Part shown: piece by piece, positions 52,683-60,319 of the stretch | Numbering within the stretch: position 1 is the stretch's first letter | Layout: the number at the start of each line of letters is the position of its first letter | From: a virus | Taxonomy: Duplodnaviria; Heunggongvirae; Uroviricota; Caudoviricetes | Length of the DNA stretch: 60,319 nt | Virus record (IMG/VR): IMGVR_UViG_2870495154_000003 | Strand: one strand, 5' to 3' | Translations under genes and position numbers: made by a program | Notes under the pieces: model-generated | Told to the model about the DNA's origin: nothing | Seen by the model: only the letters and a program-made list of their open reading frames with translations | Databases searched by the model: none

Positions 52683-53225
52683 TTACTTGTCTTTATCCGA
52701 CTGAAACTTATCAGGCACATTTCCGGTAGTTTCCATCAGATAATCGGACAGCATTCGCGGGATGTTTTCATCAAGTTTTGTGCATGCGTTACAGGCTCTG
52801 ACAACTTCTTTTTTCAGGCCATCCAGCATGGCGGGGGTCATCTGTGGGAAGCTCCTTTGCATAGTAAGCGGCAGGCTGCCCATGATTGAAGAAATCTGAC
52901 TCGCCAGTTTTGAAAGCGCATATATACAAAATTCCGTACTAATCACATCGCCGCGTTCGCGCTCGTTTTTAAGCTCCTGCGCCTCCGCCTGCGCTGTCAG
53001 CAATCTGATCCTGACTCGCAAAAGCTCATCATTATCAATCTCGCCTTTGTCGTCTGTAATCTGGTTAATTGCATTGCTAACCCGATTGTCTATTACGCTG
53101 GCAACATCATAAAACGCCTCGCGGCCTTTACGTTCAACGGGAGTCACTCCCCACTTGTCGAACGCTGTCGCACTTACACGGCAGCTTTGCGCCATGTTTT
53201 TTTTGTTCATCAGGTGCGATTTCAT
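52683..53225 (-). CDS. Terminase small subunit, Nu1-like (copy F)
   Basis: Identical to 252..794. Confidence 0.8.
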   Translation of the reverse strand: MKSHLMNKKNMAQSCRVSATAFDKWGVTPVERKGREAFYDVASVIDNRVSNAINQITDDKGEIDNDELLRVRIRLLTAQAEAQELKNERERGDVISTEFCIYALSKLASQISSIMGSLPLTMQRSFPQMTPAMLDGLKKEVVRACNACTKLDENIPRMLSDYLMETTGNVPDKFQSDKDK

Positions 53226-53426
53226 CAATATCCCCACTTAAGTAATGTTTCAGGTTGGTGTATTGGCTTTATCTTTTCCTTTTTATTCATAGAGATAGAG
53301 CGAACAACAAAACCACCACCAGCACCCGAAAAAGGCTCATAAATAGCGAAAACCCGCGAGGTCGCCGCCCCGTAACCTACCGGATCGCCGGAAAGGACCC
53401 GCCAGCCAGAACGGGCCCTAATTTCA

Positions 53427-53810
53427 TCAACCAATCAACTTATAGCGACCATCCCGTGCATTGCGACGTACACGCTCAATCTTGAGGCATAGCGCCGCAT
53501 CTGGCTTTTTTGGGACAGGTACGCGGCAATATTCAGAAGCTCGAGGAATATTGTTTATCCAGTCGATCACTTCACTTAAATACCAGGCCTTACGCCCTTT
53601 CGTAACCTGTACGCGTTCGGGGAACTCTCCGCGAGCCTCAAGGTTTAGCAATGTGCGACGGCTAAGGGTAGTAAGTTCCATCACCTGATTCATATCAACA
53701 AGGCGTTCACTTAAACGCATTTTGTCAGCAATAGCCTTTAATTCCTCTACTGCTGGATCCGGATACATCATTTCGGCAATTGGCTTAAGGTCATTGTAAT
53801 GATTCTGCAT
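53427..53810 (-). CDS. AlpA/Xis-like HTH protein (copy F)
   Basis: Identical to 996..1379. Confidence 0.6.
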   Translation of the reverse strand: MQNHYNDLKPIAEMMYPDPAVEELKAIADKMRLSERLVDMNQVMELTTLSRRTLLNLEARGEFPERVQVTKGRKAWYLSEVIDWINNIPRASEYCRVPVPKKPDAALCLKIERVRRNARDGRYKLIG

Positions 53811-53821
53811 TGTATCCCCCT

Positions 53822-54163
53822 TTACACACGAGCCAGCGGCTGAACAGAAATACCTGAGCCAACAAACGCGGCAACCTTTGCCGACAGTTCTTTTACAGAC
53901 TCAGGCCAGTTCAGAGCATCAACATTTAAAACACCTGTCTTATAAACCTGTGCCTGTGTTTTTTTCGCTGTGTCGATTTGTACAGCGGAAACATAAACCG
54001 CTTTACCTACGCTCGAACCATCCCATACCACCAGTGCACCTGTTGCATCTTCCTGCATCAGTGGCGTAAATGCAGGAATTACCCCTTTATTAGCTGAAAA
54101 TATCCCCAGCGTAGTCACCAGTGCTTCAGTGCCAGCCATGAGTTCAGTGTAATGAGTAGCCAT
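53822..54163 (-). CDS. gpD-like head decoration protein (copy F)
   Basis: Identical to 1391..1732. Confidence 0.75.
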   Translation of the reverse strand: MATHYTELMAGTEALVTTLGIFSANKGVIPAFTPLMQEDATGALVVWDGSSVGKAVYVSAVQIDTAKKTQAQVYKTGVLNVDALNWPESVKELSAKVAAFVGSGISVQPLARV

Positions 54164-54172
54164 TGCTCCCCC

Positions 54173-55219
54173 TTAGCCAATGCGAACGGTAACAAAACGA
54201 TTGATGCGGGCCGGTATTGGCTGTGGTGCTGAATGTGTCTGCACATATTCAATAGCCGGATCACCAGGCACAATATAGTTTTTCGGTGCAAGTTCGGCTT
54301 TAGTCAGCCCCATTCGGATTAGCTCCGGATCCTGAATACCGCCATAGGCGACAATCCCCTGAAGAGCCGTATTGCCAAGCACCATCAAATCAGGATCAAG
54401 GAAATGTTTTTCTGTTCCGTCCTCGTCGGTATAACGCCCGCTGTAAACAACAATCGCAACATCGCCCATATACCCTTTAAAACTCACCGAATCACCAAGG
54501 TCTTTAAGGGCCGTTTCCAGTTCGGAATTAGAACCACGACGGGTATCCAAAGCCTCTTTTATCGCTCTGAATGAACGGTATTTCTTCCATACATTACCAC
54601 CCATAATGATGATATTAGTGACGCCCTCACTAAATTCTGCGTAGCTCTCAATATCATCATTTGGATCAAAAGTTTCTTTATCCTTACCTGACCACTCAGT
54701 ACCGCCAGACTGAGTGATGATATTTTGTGGTTTTATATTCCAGTCCAGCTCATAACGTTCAATACCATCGCCCTCAATGATATTTTTCCCCGTTGTGATT
54801 GCCTGAACAGCAAGCCATTCAATACGTGCACGAATAGCTTTAGCCTGATTTACAATCGCCTGTTTAACTTTAATATTACGCGCCCCAAAAGCATTGTATT
54901 GCTCAGGTGACACACCAGCAGGGCGCACAGCTAACTTATTTGGATCAATGCTGCTTTTCGGCTTCATATAACCTGGACGAATTGTTTTTGATTCGTATCC
55001 CTCATCTCGTGAAACTTTACTGCCCACCATAGGAGAGCAAAACGCCGCGATCGGGATATTTGGATCGTCGATCGTATCAAGAATAATGTCTCTCGATTCA
55101 AACATTACCGAGCGAGTGAAAAACAAACTGGTAAACAACGCATTTAATTTTTTTTGCACATCTTCAGCATTAGCCACCTGCACAAGCTGTGTAGGCGAAT
55201 ATAAATCAACCATACTCAT
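54173..55219 (-). CDS. gpE-like major capsid protein (copy F)
   Basis: Identical to 1742..2788. Confidence 0.85.
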   Translation of the reverse strand: MSMVDLYSPTQLVQVANAEDVQKKLNALFTSLFFTRSVMFESRDIILDTIDDPNIPIAAFCSPMVGSKVSRDEGYESKTIRPGYMKPKSSIDPNKLAVRPAGVSPEQYNAFGARNIKVKQAIVNQAKAIRARIEWLAVQAITTGKNIIEGDGIERYELDWNIKPQNIITQSGGTEWSGKDKETFDPNDDIESYAEFSEGVTNIIIMGGNVWKKYRSFRAIKEALDTRRGSNSELETALKDLGDSVSFKGYMGDVAIVVYSGRYTDEDGTEKHFLDPDLMVLGNTALQGIVAYGGIQDPELIRMGLTKAELAPKNYIVPGDPAIEYVQTHSAPQPIPARINRFVTVRIG

Positions 55220-55430
55220 CCTCTTTACATTCATTACAAATAATTGTGAATATATTCTATTACCGATGTCTGCTATGCGAATACATGCAACCAAGTGCAA
55301 TGTTGTATAAAATATGCCGTAACAACTTCAGTGCTGATAATTCGTGTTAATGTATTTACTTCCTTTGGTCGGGATTTATGTAGCATGCCGGAAAATCTAT
55401 TTTTTTCCGGCATCTTTTTGTTTGCAGAAT

Positions 55431-55853
55431 TTAAAACGGTATATTATCGCCGTACGGATCATCATTCCCCGACTGTTGTTTTGCCCTGTTCAGTGCGTCA
55501 GTGGCCTGCCCCTGCTGGCCTTTTTTGCCGCCCGGTCGCGCCGTTCGCGCACTGATTACACTGTCTGCGATAACCTGCCAGCCCTGCCGCGTTTCGCCGT
55601 TCTGGCCTGTCCACTGGCTTACCTGCATGTTACCCGCCACGCTCACCAATTCGCCTTTGTGGTGTTTTGCCAGTGCGTCGGCCTGTCTGCCAAACGCCAG
55701 GACGGATAACCACATCGTCGCCGTTCCGTCATCTGCCTGGCTGCACGGCAGGGGAACCGCCATACTCGCCATCGCCATTTGTGTCCCTTTGCTGGTGGTC
55801 TTTAACTGCGGGTCAGCCACCAGCCGCCCGTAAGCCGCTATCTGTGCTGTCAT
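55431..55853 (-). CDS. ssb: Single-stranded DNA-binding protein (copy F)
   Basis: Identical to 3000..3422. Confidence 0.8.
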   Translation of the reverse strand: MTAQIAAYGRLVADPQLKTTSKGTQMAMASMAVPLPCSQADDGTATMWLSVLAFGRQADALAKHHKGELVSVAGNMQVSQWTGQNGETRQGWQVIADSVISARTARPGGKKGQQGQATDALNRAKQQSGNDDPYGDNIPF

Positions 55854-56095
55854 GCTGTCTGCTCTCCGGTTTTAACGTTGATGGTTGTCACCTGTTCCGC
55901 TTCGGCAATCTCCCGTTCTGTCAGCGTGGCAAAGTTTGCAGCTGCCGTTGTCATGAATGAGCTAATCAGTTCGGGATGTGCTTTCGCATATCCTTCCCCG
56001 GCGTTGCGGTCGATGATTTTTATCGACACCCTTAACCAGTGTTCCGTCAAATCAAGGGCGTGCGATTGTGATTTTTTTGTGTGCTTCGCTGTCAT
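55850..56095 (-). CDS. Hypothetical protein 81 aa (copy F)
   Basis: Identical to 3419..3664. Confidence 0.45.
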   Translation of the reverse strand: MTAKHTKKSQSHALDLTEHWLRVSIKIIDRNAGEGYAKAHPELISSFMTTAAANFATLTEREIAEAEQVTTINVKTGEQTA

Positions 56096-56382
56096 AGGCT
56101 TTATCTCACAGCAGTAAATTAAAATTTTTGCGTTTTAACCCTTCACCTGTTCACCTTTTGATATTTTATCTTTTAATTCATAATGTTAAGGGGTGAACAG
56201 TTTCACAAAAACTATTCACCAACTGTTCACCACTGTTCACCCTTGAAGCTCAATAAACAATCAAAAAGGTGAACAGTGAATAGTTTGGTGAACAGTTCAT
56301 AAATAACTGTTCACCCTATAACATACTGATACAAAAGATATTTATGACAGGGTGAACAGTGGTGAACAGTTATTCCATAAGT

Positions 56383-58200
56383 TTAATTTTTGCTATCGTC
56401 ATTAGTGACCGATACACATGATGGCATCCAGTCTTCTGATTCCTCCGTCAGTGTCACGTTTGAACGCAAACCGTGCTTCGTTTTCCGTTTCATATACTCC
56501 CTGCCATATTCCGCCATTGCCCCCGGCATATCTTTACCGAAGCGCGTCAGTGTTACAGGTTTACCAAACCCATGTGCCTTCATATAAGCCAGATAGGCAT
56601 GATAGAGATACCTGCGCGGGCTGAATGGCACAATTTCAGCATTACCCACTAACAGGCCATCACACATTACCGACGCCATGAGATAGCCGCAGAAGTCCAC
56701 CAGCGAATCACCTTCACGCTTTATCGCGAGTGCTTCTTCTGATTTCTGCTGCTCATATAAAAGGCGTCTGGCTTCGTCCTGGTCAGCAAACCGTGTAAGC
56801 AGATGACGAATCACTACCGCCAGCTCACCTTCTATTTTTTCCGCCAGCATTGAATCGCGTTCGTTCTCCGGTACAACTTCCGAAAAATTGAATATCACCC
56901 GACGGCGCGAGATCCCCCCACTGCGGTCACTGAATGACATAGCGTTATTGTTAACCGCCAGCACTACTGCCGGGATACGCGTTGAATATGGGGCTTTATG
57001 TTTTGGGTCGATTGCCACCTTGTCACCGCCTGTAATAGCCTTAATTCCCGCCCCATCACCAGCGTAGCGGGTCATATCCGGCATGATAATCAGCGAAAAG
57101 CCAACCACTAACGCGCGTTCCCTTGCATCTTCCAGCGCCTTCATGCTCGCTGATACTGTATTAGCCTTACCCGCCAGCATGGTGCAAATCTCCGCCATCA
57201 CGCTTTTACCACTTCCCCCTGGACCTGTTACCTCAATGAATAACTGCCAGTCGTACCGGTTCGCCAGCACCATGAATAATGCAGCCAGTACGCGATCCGC
57301 CTTGCGGTCATTCTCAGCCACCGAACGGCGTAACCACTTCCAGAAATTCGGCGCATGTGTTGCCAGCGTTTCCCCCTCTGCTGGTGGGCTGAAAGGTAAT
57401 TCACTGGCAATTAACAACCAGTCGTTTTTGTTATGCTCCCGAAAATTACCTGTTCTGGTATCAAATACCCCGTTACTGAATCCAATCAGGTTACGGGCTG
57501 TATTCCCCATTACAGGCAAACTTAACTTCATGGTATCGACCGCCGATTTAATGGCGTTCTGCGAATAGCTGATCTCCGCATCAATGAAAATCTGTGCCAT
57601 AGCTCGCTGTAATTCTTTATCCTGTACTGGCTCCCATACAACGCCGTTGTAATGGTGAACAGTGTCAGAGTCAGCATGAATCGCCAGTTCACCGCCATAA
57701 TGTGCCAGGAGAACTTCGCCGCGTTGACTTGCTCCCATCTGGTTAAGCGCCAGTGATGAAGCGTTATCGTCTTTTACCCGCTCTTTTTTCTTTACAGGCA
57801 GTTCAACTACCTTTTTCTTTTCCGCCAGCTCTCCCCGCTCACGTTCCAGATATTCGCGCCAGTTCTCCCGTTTCTGGCTGTGCATTCCTTCAGGGTAATA
57901 ATCAGCATCCCTGACACCTGCCGCTGCCAGTTTCTGCCCGATGGTATTAACAAGCCCCGGACGCAATAACCCCGCCTGGTAGAGACGCACGCGATAGCGT
58001 CCGTCCGGTACGATTTGCAGGTTGTCCAGTTCGGCAAGTTGTTGCTCTCCAAGCCAGACAGGTGGCACGTTATCGCCAGCCAGTCGCCCGTCCTGTTCCT
58101 GCCACTGCGTCGCATGTGCCCACGCATCACTACCCGCAAAAATGATGACTTCCGTCATTTTGTCACGCGGCTGGTGTTTTAAATTTGGCGCTTTTTTCAT
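56383..58200 (-). CDS. Primase-helicase (copy F)
   Basis: Identical to 3952..5769. Confidence 0.85.
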   Translation of the reverse strand: MKKAPNLKHQPRDKMTEVIIFAGSDAWAHATQWQEQDGRLAGDNVPPVWLGEQQLAELDNLQIVPDGRYRVRLYQAGLLRPGLVNTIGQKLAAAGVRDADYYPEGMHSQKRENWREYLERERGELAEKKKVVELPVKKKERVKDDNASSLALNQMGASQRGEVLLAHYGGELAIHADSDTVHHYNGVVWEPVQDKELQRAMAQIFIDAEISYSQNAIKSAVDTMKLSLPVMGNTARNLIGFSNGVFDTRTGNFREHNKNDWLLIASELPFSPPAEGETLATHAPNFWKWLRRSVAENDRKADRVLAALFMVLANRYDWQLFIEVTGPGGSGKSVMAEICTMLAGKANTVSASMKALEDARERALVVGFSLIIMPDMTRYAGDGAGIKAITGGDKVAIDPKHKAPYSTRIPAVVLAVNNNAMSFSDRSGGISRRRVIFNFSEVVPENERDSMLAEKIEGELAVVIRHLLTRFADQDEARRLLYEQQKSEEALAIKREGDSLVDFCGYLMASVMCDGLLVGNAEIVPFSPRRYLYHAYLAYMKAHGFGKPVTLTRFGKDMPGAMAEYGREYMKRKTKHGLRSNVTLTEESEDWMPSCVSVTNDDSKN

Positions 58201-58490
58201 TTCTGCTCTCTCCACGCGGCAATCATGTTTTTCAGTTCCTGTAGTTTTTTATCCACACGTGACACATGGTTATTTCTGGAAAGCGGGATTTCCCGCCTGA
58301 ATCTGCTAATAAAGATCTCCACGTTCAGCGAACTATGAAATGAATAGCCATCACGAATAAAATAAACACGGTCAAACATCAGTTCTTTTACCGTTACTCT
58401 GTTACCGTTCTTATCCAGATAAATAGCGCCGGGGATAATTTTTGGGTGTGCATAACCGCTGGCAGTCAAGCCAGATAAATATGTTCTCAT
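58197..58490 (-). CDS. Hypothetical protein 97 aa (copy F)
   Basis: Identical to 5766..6059. Confidence 0.5.
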   Translation of the reverse strand: MRTYLSGLTASGYAHPKIIPGAIYLDKNGNRVTVKELMFDRVYFIRDGYSFHSSLNVEIFISRFRREIPLSRNNHVSRVDKKLQELKNMIAAWREQK

Positions 58491-58496
58491 GATTAT

Positions 58497-58817
58497 TTAT
58501 CCCCGATTTGAATCAGTATTCGCTTTCTTTATGGCATTTAATGCATCTGTGGCATTTTCAATGGTGCACCGTAACGAAATATCAAACTGCCCAAGCATTG
58601 CCAGTAACAAGCCAATATTCCCCATGTCAATGCGCATAGCCTTTTCGTCATATTCCTCATTTTCTGACGCATGCCACATCAGGCTACCAATTGACGCAAC
58701 AGCCATTGATATATTGTCAGTAGCCCCATCCGCAGCGGAATAAACCTTTTTAGCAATATCATGCTCACAGTTAAAATGCGGATTAATCAGGTACTGGTAA
58801 TTTGACATATCAGGCAT
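58497..58817 (-). CDS. Hypothetical protein 106 aa (copy F)
   Basis: Identical to 6066..6386. Confidence 0.45.
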   Translation of the reverse strand: MPDMSNYQYLINPHFNCEHDIAKKVYSAADGATDNISMAVASIGSLMWHASENEEYDEKAMRIDMGNIGLLLAMLGQFDISLRCTIENATDALNAIKKANTDSNRG

Positions 58818-59349
58818 GGCACACCCCCTGGCGAATACGGGCGGCGAATACAGCAACACAACCGGACGGGCAGCGGTTACGCGCTTCACGTTCCGTCCAG
58901 GCGGTGACGTGGATGATTTGATGGTCTGACGCGCCAAAGATGATAAAGCGCCAGAGAAAGGCGGTTTGAGAATGTACAAGGGTAGGGATAGTAGCCATGT
59001 TGGCAGCCTCCTTTGACAGTGAAGAATTTCCACCGCAGGAAACGCCAATTTCGCTGGCGGTGGACTGAACGGGGTTGGCGTAACCGGCGTCAAAGGGAAC
59101 CGGCGCTTCCGAAGAAGCCCCCGCCCAGCCCACCATAACTTTGATGTGAGCGAATGCGGACGATAAAAAAGACGCTGGCGCGTCATATATCGCCTTTGAC
59201 ATTTCCAGGACGCCAATCCCGGCACCAGATTTTGCTGGTGCGGATAAATCATAGCCCTGGCTTGCAGTGGCGATCAACTGGTTTTTTACACCCGCTTTAT
59301 TCAGGTTGTGCGAGTCCCGCCCTTGCGGGTGTGTGGTATGATTTCTCAT
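58810..59349 (-). CDS. Hypothetical Ala/Gly/Ser-rich protein (copy F)
   Basis: Identical to 6379..6918. Confidence 0.3.
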   Translation of the reverse strand: MRNHTTHPQGRDSHNLNKAGVKNQLIATASQGYDLSAPAKSGAGIGVLEMSKAIYDAPASFLSSAFAHIKVMVGWAGASSEAPVPFDAGYANPVQSTASEIGVSCGGNSSLSKEAANMATIPTLVHSQTAFLWRFIIFGASDHQIIHVTAWTEREARNRCPSGCVAVFAARIRQGVCHA

Positions 59350-59548
59350 AGCGACCTCGATACTATCGTTATCGTTGGTGGTTAGAAGCCCCGTTACTGC
59401 TCCAACAGTGCGGGGTTTCGTCGTTTCTGCACCTTGCATCAACAAGGTGTTGAACACCAATGTAAACTCAGGTGTTGAACACGTCAAGTGTTGAACACTT
59501 GTTTTTTTTCCTGCATACTGCATTTGTTTTTTGTGAGGGGTACACAAC

Positions 59549-59728
59549 ATGGCGACAAAAGCAGTAAACGCAAAATCACAAACAGTTGCGGCAAGGGTTC
59601 CGCATGAAGTTATGAACAATGTTGAGGCGGTAAAAATGCCTGGTGAAAGTACAGGGCAATTTGTAACAGCAGCATTAAAGCGAGAAGTTGAATACCGCCA
59701 GCGACGCAAGGCTAAAGAGCAAGAATAA
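59549..59728 (+). CDS. RHH-like small regulator (copy F)
   Basis: Identical to 7118..7297. Confidence 0.55.
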   Translation: MATKAVNAKSQTVAARVPHEVMNNVEAVKMPGESTGQFVTAALKREVEYRQRRKAKEQE

Positions 59729-59785
59729 TCACTATCAGCGCTGTGGTGTGAGGTACTCCGGCGCATTGCTTTACAGGTCGGCACT

Positions 59786-59995
59786 ATGAGCAAAAAATAC
59801 CTATCCACTGAAGAGATTTTCGCAGAACAACGAAGATTGCTTTTACAGAGCATTGTTGCACGCCAGAAAGAAAAGGCACACGCTAAACAAATGCCACCAA
59901 ATACAGAACCAGCGCCTACAAAATTTGCGCTTGATGAGTTTCTCAATAAACAGCCCCGGGTAATGAAAGCTAACAGGAACCGCCCACCAGGCTGA
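59786..59995 (+). CDS. Hypothetical protein 69 aa (copy F)
   Basis: Identical to 7355..7564. Confidence 0.4.
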   Translation: MSKKYLSTEEIFAEQRRLLLQSIVARQKEKAHAKQMPPNTEPAPTKFALDEFLNKQPRVMKANRNRPPG

Positions 59996-60109
59996 TCACA
60001 TTGCCCACCAGCCAGCAAATCGCTATGATGGCTGGGCTTATGTTTAGTGTATTCCCACTGGCGACCTCTGATCCGGGTCGCCTTTGTTTTATGTGTCATA
60101 TGCCCCCCT

Positions 60110-60319
60110 TTACGCTGCCTTGCCTGAATTAATGCGATCCCGGCTTTTAACCCATTCCATAACCTCGGACAGCAGCCAACCTACAGAACGACCGCCCAGA
60201 TTACGGCGTGACGGGAAATTCCCTTTTTTCTCCAGTTCATAGCGTGTAGTGCGACACACTCCAGTTAACTTACGACATTCATCCTCACGGATTACGCGAT
60301 CTTCATTTATTTCACGCAT
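60110..60319 (-). CDS. alpA: AlpA-family regulator (copy F; window ends at its start codon)
   Basis: Identical to 7679..7888. Confidence 0.8.
   Translation of the reverse strand: MREINEDRVIREDECRKLTGVCRTTRYELEKKGNFPSRRNLGGRSVGWLLSEVMEWVKSRDRINSGKAA

Larger units (their letters stand above)
1..60319. repeat. Head-to-tail tandem array of a ~10,487-bp unit, 5 full copies plus one partial
   Basis: Every ORF in the track recurs at offsets 10487, 20970, 31457/31458, 41944 and 52431 with identical translations (e.g. 132..458, 10619..10945, 21102..21428, 31589..31915, 42076..42402, 52563..52889). Copy B is 10,483 bp because of four 1-bp deletions. Confidence 0.97.
1..60319. mobile_element. Concatemer of a phage-satellite / PICI-like integrative element (int, alpA, primase-helicase plus ori, ssb, capsid, decoration, cos, TerS)
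   Basis: Gene content and order per unit; no tail, lysis, portal or large-terminase ORFs. Unit boundaries and att site are not resolved. Confidence 0.7.

Noticed and set aside
1-60319. Six independently integrated prophages or a segmental duplication of host genes
   Set aside because: Junctions between copies are seamless head-to-tail with no intervening host sequence, and copies are identical except for homopolymer indels, so this is one unit concatenated rather than separate insertions.

Overview
The window is a head-to-tail tandem array (about 5.75 copies, period 10,487 bp) of one ~10.5-kb unit that reads as a phage-satellite / PICI-like integrative element dependent on a lambdoid helper. 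Copy boundaries in window phase: A 1-10487, B 10488-20970, C 20971-31457, D 31458-41944, E 41945-52431, F 52432-60319 (partial, ends at the alpA start codon). Each unit carries, almost entirely on the minus strand: a tyrosine integrase, an AlpA-family regulator, a P4/D5-type primase-helicase followed by an iteron origin, an SSB, a lambda gpE-like major capsid protein, a gpD-like decoration protein, an AlpA-like HTH protein, a lambda-type cos site (cosN GGGCGGCGACCT) and a Nu1-like small terminase. No portal, protease, large terminase, tail or lysis genes are present in the unit. Copies differ only by single-base homopolymer indels: four C deletions clustered in copy B (frameshifting the D-like and E-like genes) and +1 A / -1 C in copy D. 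Homology calls come from recalled motifs of lambda E, D, Nu1 and E. coli SSB, not from a database search. No tRNA, rRNA or CRISPR was found. The most interesting system is the satellite's hybrid packaging module: own cos, own TerS, own capsid and decoration proteins, but no portal or TerL.
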